NCBI GenBank assembly: GCA_963789735.1
Contig: CAWBLV010000006.1
Location: forward strand, 640,938-704,937
Length of the DNA: 64,000 nt
Direction of reading: 5' to 3'
Source: Candidatus Dormiibacterota bacterium
Lineage (GTDB): Bacteria > Chloroflexota > Dormibacteria > Aeolococcales > Aeolococcaceae
The notes beneath the pieces were generated by a model. It was not told the DNA's origin. It did no database searches and worked only from the letters and a program-made list of their open reading frames with translations. The translations under genes were made by a program, and so were the position numbers. This document shows positions 9,144 to 18,235 of this stretch, one piece after another. Every line of letters begins with the position of its first letter. Position 1 is the stretch's first letter.

Positions 9144-9904
9144 CGAAACGGTTCGAGCGGATCCAGTCCCGTTGCCATCAGCGCGGCGAGACGCTCCCGC
9201 GAAAGCTGCACCGCGCGCGGATCGATGTCGGCGCCGATGAAATCGCAACCGCCCCGCACTGCGGCCACGCCGGACGACCCGCTGCCGCAGAACGGATCGC
9301 ACACGAGAAATCCTGGCTCCGCACTGGCCTGGACCATCAGCTCGAAGAGCTTCACCGGTTTCTGCGTCGGGTAGGCCGCGCGGTGGATGCGCGGGATCGC
9401 CCAGACGTCGGGCAGGTCGCGGCGGGACACCTTTCGCTTGCCCTTGCTGGCAAAGACGATCTGCTCATGACGGCGGCGGAAGTAGTGGCCCATTCCAAGG
9501 TGCACCTTGTCCCAGACGACGACGCCTTTGACCTCGAAGCATTCGCGGACGAGCGCGCCAAGCGAGAGCATCGAAAAGCTGTCGAACATGATGTAGATGT
9601 GGCGGTCCTGGCGGAGCACGCGATGACACTCGCGGAGAAACACCGCGTACGTCTCGGGATCGTCGGAAAACTCGTGAAACCAGCGCTCGTTGTCGGGCTT
9701 GCCATAGTGACCGACGATCCGCCCATGCCCGAACTTCATATGCCGATTCATCCCGGAGTACGCCGGGTCGGTGACGATCAAATCCACTGACGCATCGGGC
9801 ATTCCTCGCAGGAAGTCGATGCAATCCTGGGTCCGGATCTCGAAGGTTCCGAACCCGCGTCCGGATGACAGTTCCGGCCCGTCGCCGGCGGAGCGGGCGA
9901 TCAT
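9140..9904 (-). CDS. beta-class DNA methyltransferase (N6-adenine/N4-cytosine family)
   Basis: Motif IV-like DLIVTDPAYSG lies N-terminal to motif I-like VCDPFCGSGSSGVAA. This is the circular permutation of beta-class amino-methyltransferases. Confidence 0.75.
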   Translation of the reverse strand: MIARSAGDGPELSSGRGFGTFEIRTQDCIDFLRGMPDASVDLIVTDPAYSGMNRHMKFGHGRIVGHYGKPDNERWFHEFSDDPETYAVFLRECHRVLRQDRHIYIMFDSFSMLSLGALVRECFEVKGVVVWDKVHLGMGHYFRRRHEQIVFASKGKRKVSRRDLPDVWAIPRIHRAAYPTQKPVKLFELMVQASAEPGFLVCDPFCGSGSSGVAAVRGGCDFIGADIDPRAVQLSRERLAALMATGLDPLEPFR

Positions 9905-9984
9905 CGCGCGAACGACCGTTCGCTCATCGCGGCAACTGTATCAGCGCGACTGCCGCGACGAGTCGCGATTACACTGCCGCCCGG

Positions 9985-10710
9985 ATGTCAGCAGGATTCG
10001 AGCGGCAGCTCAGCGCTCGCGCGGAGTACCAGCGTCGCAATCCGTCATGGGTCGACAGCGTTCGCTTGTACCAGGCGCTGATCGGGGCGGCCACCTCGCA
10101 GGGAGCTCGCATCCTCGATCTCGGTTGCGGCCGCAACCGACTCCACGGCGACGATCGCTCGTGCGCGCCGGGTTCCACGGTCTTCGGCGTCGATCCCGAT
10201 ATCGCGGCCCTTGCAAGCAACAGCGTGATCGAGCATCGAGTTGTCGGCTCCGGCGAGGAGTTGCCGTTTCGCTCGGGGTTCTTCGACGTCGTCGCGTCGG
10301 CCTGGGTGCTCGAGCATCTGGACCATCCCGGCCTTGTCTTCTCCGAGGTGCGCCGTGTCCTGCGCACGGGCGGAAGGTTCGTGTTCCTGACGCCGAATGC
10401 GTGGAACTACAACGCGTGGATGATCCGCGCGATTCCACACCGCTTGCACGCGGGAATCACGCGGCGACTGTATGGACGCGGCGATGGCGACGCCTACCCC
10501 GTCCGCTACCGCGCAAACAGCGGCGCCCGCCTGCACCGCCTGCTCAATGCGGCCGGATTCGATCACGCCGATCTGACCTACAACGGGGATCCGTCGTACA
10601 TCGCCTTCAACCGGCCGCTCCTCGAGCTGTCGTTCGGGATCGAGCGCGTCCTCGCGACGCCGCGGTTGCGGACGGCGCAGGTGCATCTGCTCGGCGTCGC
10701 CACAGCCTGA
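9985..10710 (+). CDS. class I SAM-dependent methyltransferase
   Basis: ILDLGCGRN SAM-binding motif and the FDVVASAWVLEHL motif. ATG at 9985 chosen over the longer ORF start. Confidence 0.75.
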   Translation: MSAGFERQLSARAEYQRRNPSWVDSVRLYQALIGAATSQGARILDLGCGRNRLHGDDRSCAPGSTVFGVDPDIAALASNSVIEHRVVGSGEELPFRSGFFDVVASAWVLEHLDHPGLVFSEVRRVLRTGGRFVFLTPNAWNYNAWMIRAIPHRLHAGITRRLYGRGDGDAYPVRYRANSGARLHRLLNAAGFDHADLTYNGDPSYIAFNRPLLELSFGIERVLATPRLRTAQVHLLGVATA

Positions 10711-10740
10711 CGGCCAACGCTGACGACTAGACTCGCGCTC

Positions 10741-11904
10741 ATGTCCATCGACATGACCACCGAGCAGCGCGAGATCGTCGGCATGGTCCGCGAGTTCGTG
10801 GAGCGCGAGATCCTCCCGGTCGCGCACGACCTCGACCACGACGACATTTACCCGGATCGGATCGTCGCGCAGATGAAGCAACTGGGTTTCTTCGGCTTCG
10901 CGATCGACGAGCAGTACGGCGGGACCGGCCTTGACTACGCAACGTACGCAATGGTGTGCGAGGAGATCGCGCGGGGTTGGATGTCGATCACCGGGATCAT
11001 CAACACGCACTTCATCGTGAGCTTCCTCATCGAGAACTTCGGAACCGATGAGCAGAAGGAGCGCTTCCTGCCGCGCATGGCGACGGGCGAGTTTCACGGT
11101 GGCTTCTCGATGAGCGAGCCCAACTGCGGCTCGGACGTGCAGGCGATTCAGACCCGCGCAGTTCTGGACAACGATGCGTACGTCATCAACGGCACGAAGA
11201 TGTGGGCCACCAACGGCGAGCACTCGACTGTGGTCGCGACGCTCGTCAAGACCGACCCCGGGGCGTCGCCGCCACATCGCGGCATGTCGTGCATCCTCGC
11301 CGAGAAGCAGTACCCGGGATTCACATCCTCGCGGCACATCGAGAAGCTCGGCTACAAAGGCGTCGAGACCACGGAACTCGTGTTCGAGGACAACCGCCAA
11401 CCCGTCGCGAATTTGCTTGGCGGCGTCGAGGGCCAGGGGTTCAAGCAGATGATGGCCGCCATCGAGGTGGGGCGGGTCAATGTCGCGGCTCGTGGCGTGG
11501 GAGTTGCGCAACGCGCGTTCGAGCTGTCAATCGCGTATGCGCAGCAGCGCCATGCGTTCGGCGTGCCCATCGCACAGCACGAGGCGATCCAGTTCAAGCT
11601 CGCCGACATGGCCACGAAGATCCAGGCGGCGCGTCTGCTCACGAATTACGCGGCGCGCAAGAAGGATGCCGGCGAGCGCGCAGACGTGGAATGTGGGATG
11701 GCGAAGCTCTTCGCCAGCGAAACGTGTTTCGAGGTGGTGAGCGAAGCGCTCCGCGTGCACGGCGGCTACGGTTTCTCGAAGGAGTACGACGTCGAGCGCC
11801 TGTACCGCGACGCGCCACTCCTGATCATCGGCGAGGGGACCAACGAGATTCAGCGAATCATCATCGCCAAGGGTTTGCTGGAGCGGTACCGCATCAGCGG
11901 CTGA
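10741..11904 (+). CDS. acyl-CoA dehydrogenase
   Basis: Full-length ACAD pattern: GGFSMSEPNCGSD, KMWATNG, and C-terminal HGGYGFSKEY.VERLYRDA..LIIGEGTNEIQR. Confidence 0.9.
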   Translation: MSIDMTTEQREIVGMVREFVEREILPVAHDLDHDDIYPDRIVAQMKQLGFFGFAIDEQYGGTGLDYATYAMVCEEIARGWMSITGIINTHFIVSFLIENFGTDEQKERFLPRMATGEFHGGFSMSEPNCGSDVQAIQTRAVLDNDAYVINGTKMWATNGEHSTVVATLVKTDPGASPPHRGMSCILAEKQYPGFTSSRHIEKLGYKGVETTELVFEDNRQPVANLLGGVEGQGFKQMMAAIEVGRVNVAARGVGVAQRAFELSIAYAQQRHAFGVPIAQHEAIQFKLADMATKIQAARLLTNYAARKKDAGERADVECGMAKLFASETCFEVVSEALRVHGGYGFSKEYDVERLYRDAPLLIIGEGTNEIQRIIIAKGLLERYRISG

Positions 11905-12760
11905 TCACCTCGAGGTCCGGCACGTGCGCGAGGCGCGTGCGCATCACCTCGATCGCCGCAGGCTCGTTGTCGATAAGCAGAAAGCGGCGGCCGAGCTCCG
12001 CGGCTGCGGCCCCGGTGGTGCCACTTCCCGCGCACCAGTCGACAACCAGATCACCCGGACGCGATGACGCTCCCACGACGCGGCGCAGGATGCCGAGTGG
12101 TTTCTGTGTCGGATACCCGGTGCGTTCCCGAGAGGACGTCGGGACGATCGTGTGCCACCAGACATCGGTGGGCAGCTTGCCACGCGCTGCACGCTCCGGC
12201 GTCTGCAGCTTCGGCGCCATGTACGGCTCGCGCGCAACCTCGGACGCGTCGAAGTGATAGTCGCGAGGATCCTTGACGTACACGAGGATGACGTCGTGCT
12301 TTGCGGGCCAGCGACGTTTTGTGCGAGCACCGTAGTCGTATGCCCACACCACCTCGTTGAGGAAGGACGCGCGTCCAAAGATCTCGTCGAGCAGCACCTT
12401 GCAGTAATGCGACTCGCGCGGATCGATGTGGAAGTACAGCGTGCCGTGCCGCGCAAGGATGCGTCGCGTCTCCTCGATCCGGGGTCGGAGCCAGCCGATG
12501 TAATCGTCGAAGCTGTCAGCGTAGGTCGCCCCTGACTGTTGTTCGACGCGATAGTGCCGGCCCGCAAACCCGAGTCGTGACGCGCTCGCGTCCTCTGTGG
12601 CCGTCGTCTGGTGCCCCGTTCGGAATTCGCCGGTGTTGAAGGGTGGATCGACGTAGACGAGCGCGGCGCATCCGTCCGGCAACGCCCGGAGAACGTCGAG
12701 TGCCTCGCCGTGCACGACAGTCGCCTTCGACTGTTCGGGGCGGAATCGCGTCGCGGCCAC
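11894..12760 (-). CDS. beta-class DNA methyltransferase (N6-adenine/N4-cytosine family)
   Basis: Motif IV ALVYVDPPFNTG lies N-terminal to motif I VVDWCAGSGTTGAAA. GTG start at 12760 chosen because the longer ORF N-terminus is Arg-rich and looks non-coding. Confidence 0.8.
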   Translation of the reverse strand: MAATRFRPEQSKATVVHGEALDVLRALPDGCAALVYVDPPFNTGEFRTGHQTTATEDASASRLGFAGRHYRVEQQSGATYADSFDDYIGWLRPRIEETRRILARHGTLYFHIDPRESHYCKVLLDEIFGRASFLNEVVWAYDYGARTKRRWPAKHDVILVYVKDPRDYHFDASEVAREPYMAPKLQTPERAARGKLPTDVWWHTIVPTSSRERTGYPTQKPLGILRRVVGASSRPGDLVVDWCAGSGTTGAAAAELGRRFLLIDNEPAAIEVMRTRLAHVPDLEVISR

Positions 12761-12777
12761 GTAGAGTAGGTTGCACC

Positions 12778-13323
12778 ATGGATGCACGGGCACTCGCCGC
12801 CGCAACGGTTCTCGACCCCGACGGCGCCGAAGTGCGCCTCGCCGGCGAGTGGGCCAAGCGGCCTGTCGTGGTCGTCTGGCTCCGCCACTTCGGGTGCGTG
12901 TTCTGCCGCGAGCAGGTAGCCGAGATTCGCGGCGTTCGATCCGAGATCGAGGCACGCGGCGCGGGGATCGTGTTCGTCGGCAACGGGACGCCACGCGCCG
13001 CGGCGTGGTTCCAGAAGAAGTTCGCCCCCGATTCCATCGTCCTGACGGACCCCGATCTCATCACCTACAAGGCCATCGGGGCGCGCTCGGGGATGCTCTC
13101 CACAATGGGTCCGTCCGCCTGGGGCGCCGGCCTGCGCGCACTTCGATCGGGCGCACGCCAGTCGATGACCAAGGGCCATCCGTATCAGCAGGGCGGCCTC
13201 GTGGTCTTGGCTCCGAGGAATCGCGTTCTCTACAAGCACATCAGCAGCGCCGCCGGCGATCACGCGCCGGTTGCGGATGTCCTTGCGGCGCTTGACGCCT
13301 CGGCGAGCACCTCCGCGGCCTGA
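12778..13323 (+). CDS. AhpC/TSA-like (peroxiredoxin-like) family protein
   Basis: The pattern PVVVVWLRHFGCVFCREQVAEI fits peroxiredoxin-like thioredoxin-fold proteins. ATG at 12778. Confidence 0.65.
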   Translation: MDARALAAATVLDPDGAEVRLAGEWAKRPVVVVWLRHFGCVFCREQVAEIRGVRSEIEARGAGIVFVGNGTPRAAAWFQKKFAPDSIVLTDPDLITYKAIGARSGMLSTMGPSAWGAGLRALRSGARQSMTKGHPYQQGGLVVLAPRNRVLYKHISSAAGDHAPVADVLAALDASASTSAA

Positions 13324-13325
13324 CC

Positions 13326-13820
13326 ATGCAGTTCGGCCGCTACTACGAGGAATTCGACGTCGGAGCCACGTACCGGCACTGGCCTGGCAAGACGATCACG
13401 GAGGCCGACGATCACCTCTTCTGCCTGCTGACCATGAATCACCATCCGCTCCATACGGACGCGCACTACGCGGAGACCAAAACGGAGTTCGGACGCAACG
13501 TCGTGGTGGGCAACCTCGTGTACAGCCTGGCGCTCGGGATGAGCGTCGCGGACGTGAGCGGCAAGGCGATCGCGAACCTCGAGGTCGAATCGCTCAAGCA
13601 CGAGCATCCGACGTTTCACGGCGACACCATCTACGCGGAGACGACCGTGCTCGACAAGCGCGAGTTGTCGAGCAAGCCCGACCGTGGAATCGTCACCGTC
13701 GAGACCCGCGCGTTCAACCAGCGCGGCGAGCGCGTCTGCATCTTCAAGCGGCGAGTGATGGTGCCAAAGCGCGAGGCGGGCGAACTGCAGCCTGCGGATC
13801 TCCCGCCCGGCGAGCGCTGA
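13326..13820 (+). CDS. MaoC-family (R)-specific enoyl-CoA hydratase/dehydratase
   Basis: Hot-dog fold signature: FDVGATYRH....ITEADDHLFCLLTMNHHPLHTD. Confidence 0.8.
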   Translation: MQFGRYYEEFDVGATYRHWPGKTITEADDHLFCLLTMNHHPLHTDAHYAETKTEFGRNVVVGNLVYSLALGMSVADVSGKAIANLEVESLKHEHPTFHGDTIYAETTVLDKRELSSKPDRGIVTVETRAFNQRGERVCIFKRRVMVPKREAGELQPADLPPGER

Positions 13821-13821
13821 C

Positions 13822-15066
13822 ATGAGCGCGGGGAGCGCTGAAGCCGCTGCTCGCTATAGCGTGCGGCCACTGCTGCCCGGCCCCGCCGACGCGTTGCGCG
13901 ACGCCGTGCTTCGTCTCGGCCTTGCGCCGGAACGACTTTCCGTCCTCGCGGAGCGCGGAGCCGTTGAGGCACTGGCGCTTCGAGGGCTGAGCATGGACCA
14001 GATTCGCGTCCTCGAGCGCTTGGTCGGTGAAGGCGGCGGCGAGGTGCTCAGCAACACCAACGGCGACCGCGCCGTGCTGCTCATGCCGCTCATGACTGCG
14101 GGGATACTCCCGATGCAGCTGGCCGCGTGGAGCGACAACGCCGGTGAAGTCGGCGCTGCAATCGGGGCGGTGCTGATGGCGCGTGGCGGCCCACCGCCTC
14201 CCGTCGACGTTCCCGGTCACCGCATCGCCTTCGGCGATCGGACCCTCGTCATGGGGATCCTCAATGTCACGCCGGACTCGTTCTCCGGCGACGGCACCGG
14301 CGACGACCTCGACGCGGCCGTGGCTCGAGCGGAATCGCTCGCGAGAGAAGGTGCGGACATCGTCGACATCGGGGGCGAGAGCACCCGACCCTCGCGGACG
14401 AGGGCAGAGGTCTCAGCGGATGAGGAGATGGCACGCGTGCTGCCGGTAATTCGCGAGCTGGCCTCACGGCTTCCCGTTCCCATCAGCATCGATACGCGCA
14501 AAGCGTCCGTCGCCGCAGCCGCCCTCGACGCGGGTGCGGTGATCGTCAACGACGTGTGGGGCCTGCGAGGCGATCCAGACATGGCCGGTGTGATCGCCGC
14601 TCATCCGGGCACCGGCGTCGTCGCGATGCACAACCAGCACGGCACGGAATATGGCGACCTGCTCGAGGACGTCTGCCTCGGTTTGCGCGAGAGCCTCGCC
14701 GTCGCCGAGAAAGCGGGCATCCCGCTGTCCCAGGTGATCATCGACCCCGGCTTCGGCTTCGCCAAGACGCCGGCGCACAACCTCGAACTGGTGCGGCGCC
14801 TCGGCGAGTTGATGGGCTTCGGCCGAGCCGTGCTCGTCGGTCCGTCGCGCAAGTCGACGACCGGACTGCTCATCGGCGAATCCGGCCAAGAGCACCGTCT
14901 CGAACCGAGCCTTGCGCTCGCGGTGCTCTGCGTGCAGGCAGGTGCTCACATGATCCGCGTGCACGATGTCGCCGAGACGGTGCGTGCCCTTCGCGCGGCC
15001 GACGCCGTGGTTCGCGGGACACCTCAAGCACTGCGGGATCTGCCGATCCCGGGCCCAACTGGATGA
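13822..15066 (+). CDS. folP: dihydropteroate synthase with an N-terminal extension of about 120-135 aa
   Basis: DHPS motifs GILNVTPDSFSGDG, DIVDIGGESTRP, VNDVWG and DPGFGFAKT. The extra N-terminal region is in the same open frame. Confidence 0.85.
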   Translation: MSAGSAEAAARYSVRPLLPGPADALRDAVLRLGLAPERLSVLAERGAVEALALRGLSMDQIRVLERLVGEGGGEVLSNTNGDRAVLLMPLMTAGILPMQLAAWSDNAGEVGAAIGAVLMARGGPPPPVDVPGHRIAFGDRTLVMGILNVTPDSFSGDGTGDDLDAAVARAESLAREGADIVDIGGESTRPSRTRAEVSADEEMARVLPVIRELASRLPVPISIDTRKASVAAAALDAGAVIVNDVWGLRGDPDMAGVIAAHPGTGVVAMHNQHGTEYGDLLEDVCLGLRESLAVAEKAGIPLSQVIIDPGFGFAKTPAHNLELVRRLGELMGFGRAVLVGPSRKSTTGLLIGESGQEHRLEPSLALAVLCVQAGAHMIRVHDVAETVRALRAADAVVRGTPQALRDLPIPGPTG

Positions 15067-15560
15067 AACCCGAAAGGCATTACCCGTCAACCGAGACGGC
15101 CTGGGTCTCCCTGGGAACGAACATGGGAAACCGCGGCAAGAACCTCGCGCGGCTCCGCGGAGCGCTGACAGAGGACGCGGTGACCGTCGTCTCGGCGTCT
15201 CCCGAGATCCTCACGCGTCCGATCGGCGTGACTGCGCAAGGCGACTTTCACAACCAGGTGGTGCGACTGCGTAGCCCGACCCCGTGGTCACCGCAACGCT
15301 GGCTCGAGCACTGCCGGAAGGCGGAGATCGCCGCAGGGCGGCGGCCGACCTACCGATGGGGACCGCGCATCGCCGACGCCGACATCCTGATGCTCGGAGA
15401 GGAGGGCGAGATTCGCGTGCGCGAACCGGATTTGATCGTGCCCCATCCAGAAATCGACGACCGGCCCTTCGAACACGCACTGCTTGTCGCAGCCGGCTTC
15501 AAGGCAGAGCCATCAGGCACAGGGCAGCGTCCGGCACTGTACCTCGAACGCTTTGGGTAG
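15063..15560 (+). CDS. folK: 2-amino-4-hydroxy-6-hydroxymethyldihydropteridine diphosphokinase (HPPK)
   Basis: ATGA overlap with the folP stop. Motifs VSLGTNMGNR...RWGPRIADADILMLG....LIVPHPE are typical of HPPK. Confidence 0.8.
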   Translation: MKPERHYPSTETAWVSLGTNMGNRGKNLARLRGALTEDAVTVVSASPEILTRPIGVTAQGDFHNQVVRLRSPTPWSPQRWLEHCRKAEIAAGRRPTYRWGPRIADADILMLGEEGEIRVREPDLIVPHPEIDDRPFEHALLVAAGFKAEPSGTGQRPALYLERFG

Positions 15561-15609
15561 CCGAGGGCAAAAGGAATCAGCGGCCCGATCGCCGTGCAAC
15601 CATCTGAAC

Positions 15610-16056
15610 ATGGACGAACCGACCTTCTGGGGGCTCATCCGACAGCTCGACTGGACTCGCACCGGTGAAGACGAACGCGTGGTGGAGCCGGTTGTGGCCG
15701 CCTTGGCAGCCTTGCCCGTCGAGGAGATCCACGCGTTCCAGGGGATGCTGGCTCAGAAGCTCTACGCACTGGACGGTCGTCGATGGGCCCGAGAAGCGGG
15801 GCCCGGGATCTGGTGGGGCGAGCCCGACTCCTTGTCGGTCGATAGTTTCCTTTACGCCAGGTGCGTAGTCGTTGCCAACGGGCGCGGATTTTATGAACTG
15901 GTGCTGGCGAATCCAGAGAAGATGCCCAAAGGCATGGAGTTCGAGTCTCTCTTGTACGTCGCACCGAGAGCGGAAGAGCGACGCGTCGGGCATACCGTGG
16001 GAATCGACACCGACATTTCATTCGAGACCTTCTCGAACTCGTCGGGATGGGGGTAG
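15610..16056 (+). CDS. DUF4240 family protein
   Basis: The N-terminus MDEPTFWGLIRQLDW... and overall length fit my recollection of DUF4240. Confidence 0.55.
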   Translation: MDEPTFWGLIRQLDWTRTGEDERVVEPVVAALAALPVEEIHAFQGMLAQKLYALDGRRWAREAGPGIWWGEPDSLSVDSFLYARCVVVANGRGFYELVLANPEKMPKGMEFESLLYVAPRAEERRVGHTVGIDTDISFETFSNSSGWG

Positions 16057-16176
16057 ATCGCTGACCTTCACCGCGGGATGCAGCCGCTAGGCCCGCAAGG
16101 GAAGTGGGTCGCACAGACCAGCATTTGCAAATGTGCCTCGAGCGCGTTCGACCAGCTTTTCTAGGCGCGACGTGCC

Positions 16177-16878
16177 TCAGCCCGTGAGGCGACAGCGGAG
16201 CATCAAGAACATGGGGACTCGGGCCCACTTCGCGTCCCGAGGCGACGACGACGCTGGCTCGAGCAACCTCTCGACGACGAACCTCGCCGACTCGAGCGCG
16301 GCGAAGTAAGTCTCGAGGTCGCAAGCGCAACCCGAGAAGTTCATGGTAAGCCCGTCCCGCTCGACCACATCTTCGAACCGCCGCGTGCCGAGGTACGAGC
16401 CGGTAATAACGAAAGGCGCCGATTCATCGCTTGCAGCAAAGCGGCCGGCATCCGCTACGGGGTGGGTGACGCAGATCGCCAGTCGGCCGCTCGGTTCGAT
16501 AACGCGAGCCGCTTCGGCGATGGCTGATGGCATGTCGTCGACATCCATGAGCGAGTTATAGGCGACCACCAAGTCGAACGCACCCGGGTCGAAGGGAAGA
16601 GCCTCCGCGGCCGCGACGAGGTACTGACTCCTCGGGTCGGCCTCAACCGCGCTTGCCACCAGGACGGGGGACGCATCCACGGCGGTAACGCTGTGGCCCC
16701 GCCTCGCGAGGTCGCGGGCAACCCGGCCCTCACCGCAGCCAACCTCGAGCGTCCTTCGACCGGGCGCCGGGACGATGTGATCGAAGAAGCGGTCGCGAAA
16801 CTGCCAGTAGGCATCGAAGTCTGGTGTTCGCGCCCACGCCAGCCATCGGCCGGCCCGGTCATCCCATCCCTTCGTCAC
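16177..16878 (-). CDS. class I SAM-dependent methyltransferase
   Basis: SAM-binding motif TLEVGCGEGR and the FDLVVAYNSLMDV motif. Confidence 0.75.
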   Translation of the reverse strand: MTKGWDDRAGRWLAWARTPDFDAYWQFRDRFFDHIVPAPGRRTLEVGCGEGRVARDLARRGHSVTAVDASPVLVASAVEADPRSQYLVAAAEALPFDPGAFDLVVAYNSLMDVDDMPSAIAEAARVIEPSGRLAICVTHPVADAGRFAASDESAPFVITGSYLGTRRFEDVVERDGLTMNFSGCACDLETYFAALESARFVVERLLEPASSSPRDAKWARVPMFLMLRCRLTG

Positions 16879-17271
16879 GAGTTGCCGCGGCCAGAGAAGG
16901 AGAACCTCGGTGCGGAAGCCGTACTGCTAGCGTCCTGTTGGGCGGTCCCGATGTTCATCGAGGCGTGCCGCATTCATGCGAAGACATCGCTGGCCCGTTG
17001 ACTGGGGTGGAAGTCGACAATTTCACCTCTCGTTTCGTGCGCCACCACTAAAGTCTGTGGCATTCCGAGATCCGAGACGGCATGCTCCGCACAGGTGAGA
17101 CACCTTGACCACAGGCGTGCCTGAGACCCAGCGTCGGTGATCCGCGCATCGAGGAGGTGTCTCCGGGCATCTTCGTGTCCCCGCACACACGACGAACGAC
17201 TCGGTCTTGTCGATTGCTGAACCACGGGGGACGCCTGCTCACCTGCCTGGCCTGAGCCGCAGGCGCAGTGC

Positions 17272-17931
17272 TCAGATCGGCAGGCGATCCGCCAGCTGCG
17301 GTACGAGCTTGAGCGCGGTGTCGATCTGCTTGGCGAGCGCAGCCAGGTCCGGCTGCTTCTCGAAATCGAGGAACCAGGAGTGCTCGGCGGTGAACTTCTC
17401 CACCAGCGTGGTGGACCCGAGAACGGCGATCCCCACGTGAACACTCGGTTTGTCGTCCTCTGAAAACGCTTTGCCCAGCAGGTTCTGCACGGTTTCGACC
17501 CAGCCGCCGACCTCATCGAGGTCGTGCAGCTCGTAGCCACCGTCCCCTAAGACGAACTCGGCTTCGACATCGACGAATGCCTGCGGGGTGATCTGCTGAT
17601 GCGGGCAGTCCTGCGCCTCGTCATCGTCGTGGTACAGCTCGCAATCGGCACCCGGCCCGTAGGCTGAGATGAAGGTCAGCAGCGCATCCCACGTGTAGCT
17701 CACGTGGACGTGATATCGCGGCGGCGGATCGCCGGTGAGGCGGACGGTGCATTCGAAACGCCGCTCCCCCAGACCCGGCTCGAGGTGGTGCCGGACGTCC
17801 TCGATGCTGAGGCCGACGGCGTCAACCGCCTCGAGGAGGTCGGAGGCGAACTCCTCGTACGACGGGAAGGTGGGGCGATCGGCTCCTGCCGGCTCAGGAC
17901 CCGCCTGGCCGGCTCCGGGATGTTCGGTCAT
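17272..17931 (-). CDS. hypothetical acidic cytosolic protein
   Basis: Long ORF with a coding-like composition. No motif recognised. Confidence 0.5.
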   Translation of the reverse strand: MTEHPGAGQAGPEPAGADRPTFPSYEEFASDLLEAVDAVGLSIEDVRHHLEPGLGERRFECTVRLTGDPPPRYHVHVSYTWDALLTFISAYGPGADCELYHDDDEAQDCPHQQITPQAFVDVEAEFVLGDGGYELHDLDEVGGWVETVQNLLGKAFSEDDKPSVHVGIAVLGSTTLVEKFTAEHSWFLDFEKQPDLAALAKQIDTALKLVPQLADRLPI

Positions 17932-17933
17932 GC

Positions 17934-18224
17934 TCAGCGCCCCGGCCGGAGGTGGCGGACTGCCACCCGCAGGATGTTGGCGAAGACGACCACCACGAAG
18001 AAAAGCGACACCGCAATCACGAGCGGGAGCTCAACGTTCGGCGTGGAGTACGTGTACGTTGCCAGCACGGCGGCCGCGAACAACGCCACAGCGATGACGG
18101 CGAGAGCGCCGACCGTGATCGCGGACACGGGGTCAACGGGCCGGGCGTGCGCGCTCGGCTCGCGTGGATCGAGCATGGGAGGAGTTCGCACGACGCCGAG
18201 TGTACTTTGCCGGCCGCCTCCCAT
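17934..18224 (-). CDS. small membrane protein (two predicted TM helices)
   Basis: Two hydrophobic stretches: ITVGALAVIAVALFAAAVLA and LPLVIAVSLFFVVVVFANI. The start may be the internal Met near 18176. Confidence 0.45.
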   Translation of the reverse strand: MGGGRQSTLGVVRTPPMLDPREPSAHARPVDPVSAITVGALAVIAVALFAAAVLATYTYSTPNVELPLVIAVSLFFVVVVFANILRVAVRHLRPGR

Positions 18225-18235
18225 CCGCGCCGACG

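Noticed and set aside
10045-11511. Long ORFs antisense or out of frame to recognised genes. Examples: 10045..11511, 22999..24504, 25005..25994, 26164..27216, 28558..29694, 30488..31744, 46506..48083, 55728..57446.
   Set aside because: Each overlaps a gene with strong family motifs on the other strand or in another frame, and has a skewed Arg/His/Gly composition. Such shadow ORFs are expected in GC-rich sequence.
9140-12760. Restriction-modification system around the two DNA methyltransferases
   Set aside because: The neighbouring ORFs are recognisable as metabolic or transport genes. No endonuclease-like or specificity-subunit ORF is adjacent.
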